Source: an uncultured delta proteobacterium
GTDB taxonomy: Bacteria > Myxococcota_A > Polyangia > Polyangiales > Polyangiaceae
DNA: 64,000 nt
Direction: 5' to 3'
Assembly: GCA_963696385.1 (NCBI GenBank)
Contig: CAVOKF010000004.1
Coordinates: 96,001-160,000 of the forward strand
The notes beneath the pieces were generated by a model that ran no database searches, was not told the origin of the DNA, and was given only the letters and a program-made list of their open reading frames with translations. Position numbers and translations under genes: made by a program. Shown here in pieces: positions 32,976 to 43,657 of the stretch. Numbering within the stretch: position 1 is the first letter of the stretch; each line of letters begins with the position of its first letter.

Positions 32976-33950
32976 TCACGGCATCCGAATCGTCCGAAGA
33001 CTCACCATGATGAAGTCCGACGCCCCAGGCAGTGTCGCCCACACACTGAGCTCGATCAGAGCGGGCCGCCCCGGGCTCTCGACCGGCAGATCGACCCGGA
33101 AGTGGCCGTCGTGCACGGCGACGGGGATGGGCGTCCGAAACCCGGGCGGCCAAACCATTTCGTACGGTGCCGGCACAGGATACGATCGCCGTCGATTGAG
33201 CTCGGCGAGCGGCATCGGCCGCGGGGCCTCCACCCGCGCCAGCCCAATGCCGGCGAACGTGGCCGGCGCCGCCAGGGCCCCTTCGACGTGGAGGGTGCCG
33301 CCGGCACGCATGCTCTTCGGCAGCGGGCCATAGGTACCAAAGGCATCGACGAACTCTTGAGCAAAGCAGGGCACGACCCATTCCGTCGGACTTCGGACGG
33401 GCTGGGCAACGCCGATGCCCACGCGCCGGTGCCATGGTTTGAGAATGTTCTGCCTGTGCCCATCGTTCGGAGGCCTCTCATTGAAGAACATGGCCTCGGC
33501 CTGCTCGACGCTTCGTTCGACGATGGCCGGAGCGGTATCGAGTTGTCGCCTTCTCTCGTCCATGAAGCAGCTGGCATTCTCGAGGACCATGTCGACGCCG
33601 CCCGCTTCCGTGAAGCGCTGCTCGGGCACGGACCCATCGGTGCCCCAGTGGCTCAGGTACCCATTTGCGGCCATGTCTTCGGCGTGCCGCTGTCCGGCTT
33701 GGGTCGCAGCGCCCGTGTCCATTTCGACGGGAGAAAGGCCGACGGATGCGCGGTCGCGATTGATGAGATCGACCATGGTGCGCCGGGCTTGGTCGGGGGT
33801 CAGAAGCCGCGACGCCGGCCCGCCCCAGGGCCCGACCGCACCAGGCTGGGCATTCGGCGCAGCCGAGCGGCTGGCCGATCCGGGCGGGGCGGCATGAGCC
33901 ACGCACGTCGCGAGAGCGACCGCCGCACAGGCCCATGAACGCCGCAGCAT
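32976..33950 (-). CDS. CAP (SCP) domain exported protein
   Basis: LINRDRA, HAEDMA..YLSH, EN, GHRQNIL, VGIG. Confidence 0.88.
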   Translation of the reverse strand: MLRRSWACAAVALATCVAHAAPPGSASRSAAPNAQPGAVGPWGGPASRLLTPDQARRTMVDLINRDRASVGLSPVEMDTGAATQAGQRHAEDMAANGYLSHWGTDGSVPEQRFTEAGGVDMVLENASCFMDERRRQLDTAPAIVERSVEQAEAMFFNERPPNDGHRQNILKPWHRRVGIGVAQPVRSPTEWVVPCFAQEFVDAFGTYGPLPKSMRAGGTLHVEGALAAPATFAGIGLARVEAPRPMPLAELNRRRSYPVPAPYEMVWPPGFRTPIPVAVHDGHFRVDLPVESPGRPALIELSVWATLPGASDFIMVSLRTIRMP

Positions 33951-34189
33951 CCCCGATCGTTACCACGGGCGACGCGCCGTCCGGGCGGACGACTGACACG
34001 GACGACGCTGTACGACTGCCGAGAATGAAGGCCTCACCCGCGGTATGCAGATCCGCGCGGCGCGGCGGAATACAATACGACGCTCGGCGCAACTAGGATT
34101 TTCACGCGACACGTTCGGCTGACAAGTCCGCTTGATCGCGGCGGAACGACGCCCCCCATTGGCCCCGCCGCGAAGGTCGCGGGCCAGTC

Positions 34190-34720
34190 CTACAGCTGCG
34201 CGGCCTGACGGTCCGATCGAAGGCTCGACAACGCTTGAGCTCGAGCCAAAATGGCTTGCGCATCGGCGGTCGAGTCGCCCGTGACTTCGATGCGGAAGCC
34301 GTCGCGCGCCGACGTCACATCGATTTGAACCAACGCACCCGGCAGCCAAAAGGGATCGGCCGAAGTGTCCGAGCCTCCAGCGTGCACGACCAGCTGCTGA
34401 GCTCCATGGCATTCGAGCGCCCGATCGAGCCATTCCGCAGTCTGCCCGTTGACCGGCCGCACCAGAATGGCCGCACCACGCAGTCTGGGATTGCTGCTCT
34501 TGCTCGTAGTACCGATGTAAATTGGATCGACGCGCTCGACAGCCGACCCATCCAGCACCCTCGCAACAGCCGCCTCGGTGAAGTCGGCGGTGCAGCGGGT
34601 CCGCTCGACGGCCGCCGCCTGGTCCGCGGGACTCCGAAATTGGGCCGCGTCCTGGCAGCCGACCAGCGCTGCGGGACCGACGGCCATTGCGAACGCAACC
34701 AAACCCATGCGTGTGTTCAT
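34190..34720 (-). CDS. Hypothetical lipoprotein
   Basis: GGAGG RBS, LVGC lipobox, myxobacterial-type TAEWLDRALECH motif. Confidence 0.7.
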   Translation of the reverse strand: MNTRMGLVAFAMAVGPAALVGCQDAAQFRSPADQAAAVERTRCTADFTEAAVARVLDGSAVERVDPIYIGTTSKSSNPRLRGAAILVRPVNGQTAEWLDRALECHGAQQLVVHAGGSDTSADPFWLPGALVQIDVTSARDGFRIEVTGDSTADAQAILARAQALSSLRSDRQAAQL

Positions 34721-35438
34721 GATACCCTCCAACGGCTTTGAGCCGACGCCGATATCCTAACTACGACCCTGTTAATCCGACGTAGAGATGGGCCTCGTCG
34801 GCATATTGAAAAGATTAATGGCGGTCCACACTGAGTGAAATGCTACCAACCGGCGCCAAAGATGCTCCGGTCGAGCTGGGTCCGGAGTGCGGGAGGGCGG
34901 GTGCCGGCATCGGTCCATCACCCACCGAGATTTCGTTGAGCCACGCGCCGACTCGTTTGCGTTCGATGGCCGGGCAGGTTTCCGGTGTTGTCCGGTGTAG
35001 CCCAGGCAAGATGAATGCGTGGGTGAGAAGCGATGGGTAAGACGTGCGACCGATTTCGATATGCGAATACCCAGCTCGCGAGTCCGCGTCGCCTGCGAAT
35101 ACCGACATCGCTTTGATGAAACACTGGGCGGGCAGAAAGAGCGCCGCTGCCGGTTTCAACCGCAGAATGCGGCCCATGGATGCCATACAACGTAACGACG
35201 GCTCTCCAAAACGCCGGATTCCGCTCCGTGTCGGTCGGAGTTTCGGATGACGCTTATCGATTCGCGCTTACCCTGTTCCGACGAAGCTCGAGTGGTGGTG
35301 GACGACCGGGCCACGAGCGGGACGCTCGGTCGTGCACACGTGCGATGGGCGCAGGCCCAGCGACGATGAGGGCGACGCAACGGCCACGGTCACGCCAATC
35401 CGTAGGGCGCGATGGCCGGGCCCGCGCCGGTCGAGGAG

Positions 35439-37661
35439 TCACTTGTGCGGGGCGGGCGCGACGGCAGGGGCGGCGACCTGCCAGCGAAGCACAGTGCTCG
35501 CTTTGATTTCGTCCGGCACGTATTCGTCGACCTGGCCCGACAGCCAGGCCGCACCGATAGACACCAGCACCAAGACGAACACGTACAGGCCCCACGGGCG
35601 TTTCTTTTCGGCGAAGGGATCCTTGAGCGCTCGAGACGCGCCCGGTGGCAGTGACGCGACGGACGTCAGGGCTCCGCCAAAAGGCACGTTGACGCGCGCG
35701 AACGCGTTCACGGCCCACCCGTTCGCATCCAGAAGCGGCCCGATGTTGCGCTGCCGCAACTTCAACCAAGCGATGAGCATCGACGGCCCGGAGATGGCGA
35801 GCACCAGGGCGACGATCCCGAGCGGCATCCACATGCCCAGGCCGAGCACGGTCGCGACGATACTGGAAAAAAATGTGGCGATGCCGCCGACGGCGACGCC
35901 GATGGCCGCGACGGTGCCCACGTCGATCTTCTTGGGCTCGGGGGTCTCCAGCTTCGGTTCGTCCGCCGCGGCGGCGGCGACCACCGCGGTGGCGCCTTCC
36001 CCGAGTCGCTTGTTGGCATCCGTCTCGGCGGCCGTGGATCGCTTGGCGAGCTGTTCCTGGATAAGGCGGACGAATCTCTTGTAGGGCGCCCAGAACGCTT
36101 GCCGCACGCTGATCGGGTTCTCGACGACCTTGGTCACGGCCGCGTCCCAGTCGTCGCCTTTGCGGTCGTAAAAGACGCCGTTGCGTCCGACCATCAGATT
36201 GTCGACATCACCGGCGGTGACGGCGGCGACAATCGTGCGCTTTTCCGCATCGCGCTTGCGCGTGCACTCGCAATAGGCCAAGTACGCGTTCGACAATCCG
36301 GCGAGGGTCGCGTGCTTCGTGACGTCGTGGACGGGAAGACACAGCTCGCAGCTGCGTCCGTCGATGTACAGGGTGCCCGCTTGAAACGCCGCCCGCTTTT
36401 TGCCGTAGAAGTCGGCAAAGTTGACGAAATTCTTGAGCAACGGCACGAAGTCACGCCGCAAGCGGATCATTTTCTCGACGGCCTCGAGCCGAGCGCTCTC
36501 CGCGGCGAACCCCGCATCTTCGGCGACCAACGCGGAGACCCGCTGGTACGCTTGCCCGCGGGCCAGCGCCACAATTCGATCCCGGCCAAGCTTGCCGATC
36601 GCGTCGTCGGCGGGTCGCGACGCGAGCCAAGCCTCGTAGGGAGCGATGCGATCCTGGATGACCGCCCAGTCGCTCTCCGAGCAGCAGGGGCGGGGCCCCC
36701 CGAGAATCGGCACGATCGCACCGCTCACGAACGACGCCACCCGGGCCGTCCACGCCGGGTTCACCGCTGCAAGAGGCAGATCCGCGCCGGCCTCGACGCG
36801 CGCGAGCGGGAGAGCCGCGACGTCGGTGTCCTCCAGGGCGAGGACCCGCCCGGCGAAAGCGGCGATCCGTTCCTCGGTCCCGTTGAGCGCGGCAACGACC
36901 CGGCCTTCGAAGGCCGCAAGCCGGCAGCGAACGAAGTAATCGTCGATCTTGGCGCGGACGGCGGCGATGGACAGCGCTGCGGCCGATGTGTCCGGGCCGA
37001 GCGTGAGCACAGAAGGCTCCTGGTCGAGCCACGCGGCGTAGGCCCGCACTCGGGCAAAGAAGGCGTCCAGGCGGCCTTGGTCGATCCCGGGCTTGCCGCT
37101 CCAATCGACCGCCGAGCCCTCGGCGGCCAACGCGTCGGTGATGGCTGCTTTCGTCTCGTCATCCACCGCCGAGTCGGCCGGCACGATGCCGTCGCCGTTG
37201 AGTGCTCTCTGCATGAAACTCTTCTCGGTGTCGGCGATGTCGGCAAGGGAGACGGCTGGGGCGCCCGCACGACCGAGCGCGTTGACGATCCGCGTGACGG
37301 CGTCGCGAATGTCGCGGCCGACCGCGGTATCGGTACGGATGGACGCGACCGGAACGGAGTCGCCGCCCTGGAACAGATCGTCGAGGTTGCTGAACACCTC
37401 GCACGCCCAAGCGATGGCGCTCAAGATCTCCGGCGGGCGGATGCGTCCGTCCCGGTCGCTGTCGACGAAGTCGAGCGTACGTTCGTCGATCTCGAGTCCG
37501 CGGGTGGGACAGGCGAGCGCCACCCACAGCTTCTTATCGAGCGACGCGAGTTGCTCGAGATCGTTGCCGTTGGCGAGTACGACCTGATCGACCGTTCCGG
37601 CGCGGAAGAATTTCCAGGTTTTTCGTTGCGTTGGCTGATCGGGCAAGGAGCTCGGCCGCAT
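35439..37661 (-). CDS. Large hypothetical membrane protein with EF-hand-like motif
   Basis: 740-aa ORF with GC-type codon usage; DSDRDGRIRPPE motif; C-terminal TM helices. Confidence 0.8.
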   Translation of the reverse strand: MRPSSLPDQPTQRKTWKFFRAGTVDQVVLANGNDLEQLASLDKKLWVALACPTRGLEIDERTLDFVDSDRDGRIRPPEILSAIAWACEVFSNLDDLFQGGDSVPVASIRTDTAVGRDIRDAVTRIVNALGRAGAPAVSLADIADTEKSFMQRALNGDGIVPADSAVDDETKAAITDALAAEGSAVDWSGKPGIDQGRLDAFFARVRAYAAWLDQEPSVLTLGPDTSAAALSIAAVRAKIDDYFVRCRLAAFEGRVVAALNGTEERIAAFAGRVLALEDTDVAALPLARVEAGADLPLAAVNPAWTARVASFVSGAIVPILGGPRPCCSESDWAVIQDRIAPYEAWLASRPADDAIGKLGRDRIVALARGQAYQRVSALVAEDAGFAAESARLEAVEKMIRLRRDFVPLLKNFVNFADFYGKKRAAFQAGTLYIDGRSCELCLPVHDVTKHATLAGLSNAYLAYCECTRKRDAEKRTIVAAVTAGDVDNLMVGRNGVFYDRKGDDWDAAVTKVVENPISVRQAFWAPYKRFVRLIQEQLAKRSTAAETDANKRLGEGATAVVAAAAADEPKLETPEPKKIDVGTVAAIGVAVGGIATFFSSIVATVLGLGMWMPLGIVALVLAISGPSMLIAWLKLRQRNIGPLLDANGWAVNAFARVNVPFGGALTSVASLPPGASRALKDPFAEKKRPWGLYVFVLVLVSIGAAWLSGQVDEYVPDEIKASTVLRWQVAAPAVAPAPHK

Positions 37662-38197
37662 AGTAGGCGGATCCCGCCGCTTGCCAAGACACTCGCGCGT
37701 CGCGGCCCATGCCGTGCGGAAAGCGGCGCCGCGGCCTCGATGTTTTCAAATGATGCTAAGGAGGTTGGGGTGCGCACGATCCGGGTTCCGTCATGAACCG
37801 GCGCGAACGCAGAGCGGCTGCCGCGGGCGCTCGGCGCGGCAACCCGACGGGCACGCCGCGGTGGCCCCCGACGGCGCCTTCCCGCTTTGCGGGCGACGGC
37901 GGCGTTGGAGAAGCTCGTCCGCCCACACCGTCAACGACTTTCCAGGGGCCCTAACGTTCGGCGGACGAGCGCCTTAAACCGGACCACACGACCCAATAAA
38001 AAGGACGAAGAAAACGTGGCGCGCTGCATCAAATTTGTGTCAAACGGGGTGCGGGCGTTTGCAAGCGCCACGGCGAGAGCGGGCGCGGCCGTGCGGCCGA
38101 ACAGGCTTGGCGGGACCTTCGCGTGCCCGACCACCCCCAAGCCCCCCAAGTCCCATTTCCGTTCGCGCAGCTGATGCGCTAGTGACTCGCACGATCC

Positions 38198-39169
38198 ATG
38201 GTCAGCGAGTCGATCCTTCAGGCCGCCCTGCCCCACTGCCTGTCACGCACCGATTTCACGGCGCTCGGGACGAAGTACGAGGGCAAGGTCCGAGACAACT
38301 ATACGCGCGGCGGTAGGCGCTTCATCGTCGTGACCGACCGAATCAGCGCATTCGATCGAGTCCTCGGGACGATCCCGTTTAAGGGGCAAGTGCTGAACCG
38401 CCTCGCCGCATGGTGGTTCGACACGACCCGGGCCATCGCCGACAATCACATGCTGCGCGTGCCCGATCCGAACGTGTTGGAATGCGTCGAGTGCACGCCG
38501 ATTCTCGTCGAAATGGTCGTGCGGGCCTACGTGACCGGCACGACGTCCACCAGTCTATGGACCCATTACGAGCGCGGTGCTCGCGTATTTTGCGGCCATG
38601 AGCTGCCCGAGGGTCTCAAGAAGCATCAACCCTTGCCGCAGCCCATCGTCACGCCCACGACGAAGGCGCCGAAAGGTGAGCACGATGTGTCGGGCTCGCG
38701 GGAAGAAATTCTTTCCTTGGGGCAGGTCACGGCTCGCGATTTCGACGAAGCTTCGGCTGTGGCGTTGGCGCTGTTCGAGGCCGGCCAAAAGGTCTGCGCC
38801 GCGCGAGGCCTCATCCTCGTCGACACGAAGTACGAGTTCGGCAGAGCGAGCGACGGCACGCTCAAGGTGATCGACGAGATGCATACGCCGGACTCGTCGC
38901 GTTTTTGGCAAGCGTCGACGTACCCCGATCGCTTCCGTGCCGGACAAGACCCCGAGCCGCTCGACAAGGACTTCGTGCGTCGCTGGTATGTGTCGAAGGG
39001 GTACCGTGGCGACGGGGATCCCCCGGCGCTTCCCGATGAGATCCGTGTCGGTGCCGCCGAACGGTACATTGCGGCGTTCGAGCAGATCACGGGTGAAGCG
39101 TTCGTGCCGGACATGCAGCCGCCGATCGCTCGAATCGCAAACCATCTTGGACTCGGAGGCAACCGGTGA
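38198..39169 (+). CDS. purC: Phosphoribosylaminoimidazole-succinocarboxamide synthase
   Basis: [44 protein letters not shown]. Confidence 0.97.
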   Translation: MVSESILQAALPHCLSRTDFTALGTKYEGKVRDNYTRGGRRFIVVTDRISAFDRVLGTIPFKGQVLNRLAAWWFDTTRAIADNHMLRVPDPNVLECVECTPILVEMVVRAYVTGTTSTSLWTHYERGARVFCGHELPEGLKKHQPLPQPIVTPTTKAPKGEHDVSGSREEILSLGQVTARDFDEASAVALALFEAGQKVCAARGLILVDTKYEFGRASDGTLKVIDEMHTPDSSRFWQASTYPDRFRAGQDPEPLDKDFVRRWYVSKGYRGDGDPPALPDEIRVGAAERYIAAFEQITGEAFVPDMQPPIARIANHLGLGGNR

Positions 39170-39408
39170 AGACCACCATCGTCGTCAGGCTGAAACCGGA
39201 GGTCCTGGACCCTCAGGGGGACGCCGTTCGCCGTGCGCTCGGAAAGCTCGGGTTCGACGGTGTGAAGGAGGTGCGCGTCGGCAAGCTCATCGAGATCGAG
39301 ATGGACGACGCGTCGTGTACCGGAACGGATGTCGCGGAGCGCTTGAGTCAGATGGCCGATCAGATGCTCGCAAACCCCGTCATCGAGGATTACGAAGTCC
39401 GAATGTAG
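39166..39408 (+). CDS. purS: Phosphoribosylformylglycinamidine synthase subunit PurS
   Basis: [24 protein letters not shown]. Confidence 0.96.
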   Translation: MKTTIVVRLKPEVLDPQGDAVRRALGKLGFDGVKEVRVGKLIEIEMDDASCTGTDVAERLSQMADQMLANPVIEDYEVRM

Positions 39409-39512
39409 CCCTGCCGTGGACCGGGGAGAGACCCCCGGTGCCGGACCAAGAGCCGCGCCAGTATGCGGTTCGCTTCTCGGGTCCACGGCGCGAAGGGGTC
39501 GATCGCTCGGGT

Positions 39513-40667
39513 CTACAGCGCGAACGGCGTCGGCATGAAGAGCAGGGCGAAAAAGGCCAACGTCACGATGGCGATGACGATGCGCCCGAAGCGGAGGGGC
39601 GTGGGGCCGGTCGCCGGGTGATCGAGCAGGCGGCTGCCGTCCCGCAGAGCTCCCCATCGCGCTTCCATGACGAGCAGCACCGCGAGCGCGGCGAACCAGG
39701 ACGCCCACAAGACAGGCGAACTTCGATCGTGGAGCACGGACGCGACCAAGACGAGACCGAGGGTGGCGAGCACGCGAACCCGAACCGTCAAGCCGTCGCT
39801 GTTCGTGCGCGCCGGTGCGCGCGACGTGATCGACCCGAGGATGGCGAGCACTTCGAACCAGACGAGCCAAAAGATCGAGTTTCCGACGTGTCGACCGAGA
39901 CGCCAGAGCCCGAAGCCGGCGTGCACGTCGCGCGCGGCGAAGCTCGCAACGCTGACGAAGAAGAAGACGAGCATCGAGTGATGCACCCATCGAGCCAGCC
40001 GATTTTGCCGAGGTCCGAAGAGCGCGTAGGCCACGTGTCCGCCGTCGAGCTGTCCGACCGGCAGCAGGTTGATCATCGTGACGAACAAACCCGCCCACCC
40101 GGCGTTCGCGACGGGTGAGAGAAAGAGGGCCATCCCGGCCGGCACCGGCGGCGCCACGTACCCATCGATGAGCCGCAGCAGGAGCGAGTCCCCGAGCTCG
40201 GCGCCTTGCCCGTCGAAGGGCATGACGCGCGAATGCGCCGCGCCCCATGCGTAGAGCGGAAGCGCGAGTGCGAGCCCCGCGAGCGGTCCTGCCGCGCCGA
40301 TATCGAGAAGGGCCCGCCGCGTCGGGATCACGGATCGCATGCGGATCACCGCGCCCATCGTGCCGAACGGCGACAGCAACGGCAGCGGGATGAAATAGGG
40401 AAGGGAGGCATCGACGCGGTGCCGACGGGCGGCGACGAAGTGTCCGAATTCGTGCGCCAGAAGGATGGCGAGCAGCGTGCTCGTGAATTGGGCGGCGCCA
40501 ACGACGGCCGTCCGCGAGGCGTCGCCGTTCCACACGCTCGTCAGAAAAAATGTGGCAAAGACGCTGCCGACCGTCGCGACGAAGAGCCCGGCGTTGGCGC
40601 GCCACGCCAGCGGACCGCTTCGAACACGCCCTAGCGCAGTGTCCGTTGAATCAGCCGAGGATGTCAC
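39513..40667 (-). CDS. Site-2 protease family (M50) membrane metalloprotease
   Basis: AHEFGH, AGPLAG, NLLPVGQLDGGH. Confidence 0.92.
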   Translation of the reverse strand: MTSSADSTDTALGRVRSGPLAWRANAGLFVATVGSVFATFFLTSVWNGDASRTAVVGAAQFTSTLLAILLAHEFGHFVAARRHRVDASLPYFIPLPLLSPFGTMGAVIRMRSVIPTRRALLDIGAAGPLAGLALALPLYAWGAAHSRVMPFDGQGAELGDSLLLRLIDGYVAPPVPAGMALFLSPVANAGWAGLFVTMINLLPVGQLDGGHVAYALFGPRQNRLARWVHHSMLVFFFVSVASFAARDVHAGFGLWRLGRHVGNSIFWLVWFEVLAILGSITSRAPARTNSDGLTVRVRVLATLGLVLVASVLHDRSSPVLWASWFAALAVLLVMEARWGALRDGSRLLDHPATGPTPLRFGRIVIAIVTLAFFALLFMPTPFAL

Positions 40668-41238
40668 GGAGGGCGGCGGCGAGCCGGTCGAATCGGAGTG
40701 CAAGCTTGGCATCGATGGTTCCTAGGTCCGTGTGCAACTGGAGTTCGCCGCGCGCAAGGTCCGATGCATCGCGCACCTCGACCGATTGTACGTCGAGCCC
40801 CGCGATCGACAGGTGTTTGCGGAGAGCCTGTGCGTCGAGTGGGTGTGCGTCGATGATGGCGCGGCGAACTCCTCCGGCCTCCGCCAAGACGGTTCGAGCC
40901 AGCGCAGCGACGCGCGATGCGTCCAGCTCGAGCGACGCTCCGAGCAGCCGCTCGGCGAGCGCGACCGCAATAGGGAGGATGCGGTCCGCGTCGCGCTCGA
41001 GCTGCTTTTGCTGGTCGTTGCGGAGCGCCAGCCATTCTGCCGCGACGCGTGCCCGGGCATCGGCCTCGGCATCGCGCACGGCGGCCGTCACCGCGTCGTG
41101 CCCTTGCTCTAGAGCGCGAGCGACGATTTTCTCGGCCTCGGCTCTCGCCTGCCGAATCAAGCGTTCGGCCGCCAGCCGTCCTTCGATCTCTTCCCGGGTG
41201 ATCCGGCGTCGCTGCGCGTCGCTGGGTCCGGGCGACAT
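40651..41238 (-). CDS. FliH/SctL family protein
   Basis: AxxxA helical N half, IAVALAERLLG, AHPLD, DASDLARGELQLHTDLGTIDA. Confidence 0.8.
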   Translation of the reverse strand: MSPGPSDAQRRRITREEIEGRLAAERLIRQARAEAEKIVARALEQGHDAVTAAVRDAEADARARVAAEWLALRNDQQKQLERDADRILPIAVALAERLLGASLELDASRVAALARTVLAEAGGVRRAIIDAHPLDAQALRKHLSIAGLDVQSVEVRDASDLARGELQLHTDLGTIDAKLALRFDRLAAALRDILG

Positions 41239-41291
41239 CAGCGGTCTGCCGCGGCCGGCGGCCTCGCCCCGCACGACTCGAGCTCGCGGCG

Positions 41292-41504
41292 TCACGGTAG
41301 CCCCAACGCGCGCAGAGCCATTGCGACATGCGACAACCCGTGCGCGAGTTCGCGGACCCGCGTGTTTCTCTCCGAAGATCGAAGCGCTCGGATCAGTCGG
41401 TCGGCATGCAGGGCGCCGTCTCCAAGCTCGCCCAGGACGCAGTCGAGCGGCTCACCCAACAGGGCACTGATCGCCACGAACGCGGACTCCCATCGAGCGC
41501 CCAT
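41292..41504 (-). CDS. Small hypothetical protein
   Basis: 70-aa amphipathic ORF filling the gap between thiolase and the FliH-like gene on the same strand. Confidence 0.5.
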   Translation of the reverse strand: MGARWESAFVAISALLGEPLDCVLGELGDGALHADRLIRALRSSERNTRVRELAHGLSHVAMALRALGLP

Positions 41505-41558
41505 TGCGATCGAGTGTAGCTCGCCTTCCCCCGGTCGGAGACTCGAATAGACGGCCGG

Positions 41559-42755
41559 TTACGGCCGCTCGACGACGAGAGCCAGAGCCTCGCCCCCCCC
41601 GATGCAGAGCGTCGCCAGGCCACGCTTGGCCTTGCGGTCCCTCATGGCGTAAAGCAGGGTCGTTACGATCCGCGCGCCGCTCGCCCCGATGGGATGCCCG
41701 AGCGCGACCGCGCCGCCACGCACGTTGATGCGATCCGGATCGATCGCGCACAGTTTGCCGACCGCCATCGTCACCACCGCGAAGGCTTCGTTGATTTCGT
41801 ACAGATCGATATCGGTCGCATTCAGGCCGACCTTTCGAAGGGTCTGATCGATCGCTTTGGCCGGGGCTGTCGTGAACCACTCGGGCGCCTGCGCCGCGCC
41901 GCCATAGCCGACGATGCGCGCGAGGGGATCGAGGCCGTGGCGCTCGACGGCCGCCTCGCTCGCTAGCAGGAGTGCGCTCGCGCCGTCGTTGATGCTCGAC
42001 GCGTTCGCAGCGGTAATGGTCCCGTCTTTCGAGAAAGCCGGTTTGAGGGCCGCAAACTTCGACGGATCGCCTTTGGACGGCCCCTCGTCGCTTTGGACCA
42101 GGAGCGGCTCTCCCCGCCTCTGCGGGACCTTCGCGGGCTCGATCTCGGCGTCAAACCCGCCCTCGCGTTGGGTGGCCACGGCGCGACGAAAGCTCTCCTT
42201 GGCGTATTCGTCCTGCTGCTCGCGCGAAAAGCCGAACTCGGCCGCGCAACGGTCGCCGCACGTGCCCATATGAGCGTCGCCATAGGGGTCCCACAGGCCG
42301 TCGAAGATCATCCCGTCCACGACTTTGGCGTCGCCCATCCGGTAGCCCGTGCGCGCCTTGTCGAGGTAGTAAGGCACGTTCGACATCGACTCCATGCCTC
42401 CGGCGATCACCAGATCGGCGTCCCCGATGGCGATCAATCGCGTTGCGAACACGATGGCCTGCATCCCGGAACCGCAGACCTTGCCGATCGTGGTCGCGGG
42501 GACCGTGTTCGGAAGGCCCGCGTAGATCGCGGCCTGCCGCGCGGGTGCCTGCCCCACACCCGCCGACAGAACGTTGCCGAGGAGCACTTCCTCGACGGCT
42601 TCCGGTGGCATATGGGCGCGGGCAAGCGCACCTCGGATCGCGATCGCACCCAGATCCGGCGCCCGCAGCGGCGCGAGAGAGCCGAGAAAAGCGCCGATCG
42701 GCGTTCGCGAGGCGGACACGACATAGACGGGCGGCAAACGCTTGGGCTCGGGCAC
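41559..42755 (-). CDS. Acetyl-CoA C-acyltransferase (thiolase)
   Basis: RTPIG, KVCGSG, GGMESMS, NEAF, GHPIGASG, LCIGGG. Confidence 0.96.
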   Translation of the reverse strand: MPEPKRLPPVYVVSASRTPIGAFLGSLAPLRAPDLGAIAIRGALARAHMPPEAVEEVLLGNVLSAGVGQAPARQAAIYAGLPNTVPATTIGKVCGSGMQAIVFATRLIAIGDADLVIAGGMESMSNVPYYLDKARTGYRMGDAKVVDGMIFDGLWDPYGDAHMGTCGDRCAAEFGFSREQQDEYAKESFRRAVATQREGGFDAEIEPAKVPQRRGEPLLVQSDEGPSKGDPSKFAALKPAFSKDGTITAANASSINDGASALLLASEAAVERHGLDPLARIVGYGGAAQAPEWFTTAPAKAIDQTLRKVGLNATDIDLYEINEAFAVVTMAVGKLCAIDPDRINVRGGAVALGHPIGASGARIVTTLLYAMRDRKAKRGLATLCIGGGEALALVVERP

Positions 42756-43037
42756 GGGCGACCCCTTCCGGACAGCATCGGAAGGGTACGCATCCTCGCG
42801 GTCGAACGCGAGGGGCCGTCTGCGCGGCCGACCGGGGTGCGGTCGAGCCGTAAGAGCCGCGAGCCGGAAGCGGTGCCGTACGGGCTTTGCCTTGCGTCGA
42901 GCAGACTGGTTCGGTAGGGTACGCGCCCGTTTTCCAAGAGTGGCGAGGCGGCCGCCTCCGTCGGATGCGGGGCGGCTCGAAGCGTGCCGGCGAGTTTCCG
43001 CCGGGCCGCCGTCCAAGCGAGCAAGGTTGAGGGCTTC

Positions 43038-43379
43038 ATGACCGAGACGAAAGAGACGAAGTTTGCCGCGTTCATCGCAACGCAAAAACTCGACCCGCGG
43101 CGCATCGTCAACGCATCGCGCAAAATCGAGGGCCTTCAACCCGAAGACCGCGACATCCGGCTGAAGAAACGCCAGGCGCGCGCCCGCGAGGGTGGCGAAG
43201 GTGCGCCGAAGGAAACGCGCAAACCTCGCTCAGGCCGGCCGGTCACCGACCGGGCCCTGAGAGCGGCCCTGACGGGTGGGCCGGTCAGCGGCCCCACGAA
43301 GACGCGCATTTTGCGAGCTGTGAACCATCTGCTCGATCAAAAAAAGCGAGAGGCGGTCGATCTCCGGGCCATTTTTTAA
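43038..43379 (+). CDS. Basic hypothetical protein
   Basis: Coherent Arg/Lys-rich ORF divergent from thiolase, with a GAGG RBS. Confidence 0.65.
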   Translation: MTETKETKFAAFIATQKLDPRRIVNASRKIEGLQPEDRDIRLKKRQARAREGGEGAPKETRKPRSGRPVTDRALRAALTGGPVSGPTKTRILRAVNHLLDQKKREAVDLRAIF

Positions 43380-43657
43380 CCGAGCGCCCCCTGGTGCGGG
43401 TGAGAGTGCGTCTCTCGAAGCGGTGCGCGGGGATCGAATTCGGCCGAAAACTGGGCCAGTGGACACGTGTGGCGCACTCTGCGCCAATGTTCGTCGTCGT
43501 CGCCGTAGCTGTCGTCACTCTCTTGGCCTTGGACGTGCACGACCTCATCAATCGGCCGCGCGCAAGTTGACGCACTGAGTCTACCAGCCGACTGGCTGAA
43601 TGACGGACCCTACCGGGCACCCAAACCCGAGCGGTGGGTGCGATCGTTCAGCTGAGT

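Noticed and set aside
30897..33938. 1013-aa plus-strand ORF and similar long antisense ORFs
   Set aside because: Shadows of real opposite-strand genes in high-GC DNA; no recognisable motifs.
34741..35260. Lower-GC stretch as a small gene
   Set aside because: Short ORFs on both strands without family motifs; cannot be supported.
37662..38197. Purine or ZTP riboswitch upstream of purC
   Set aside because: I could not find the consensus elements of either riboswitch.
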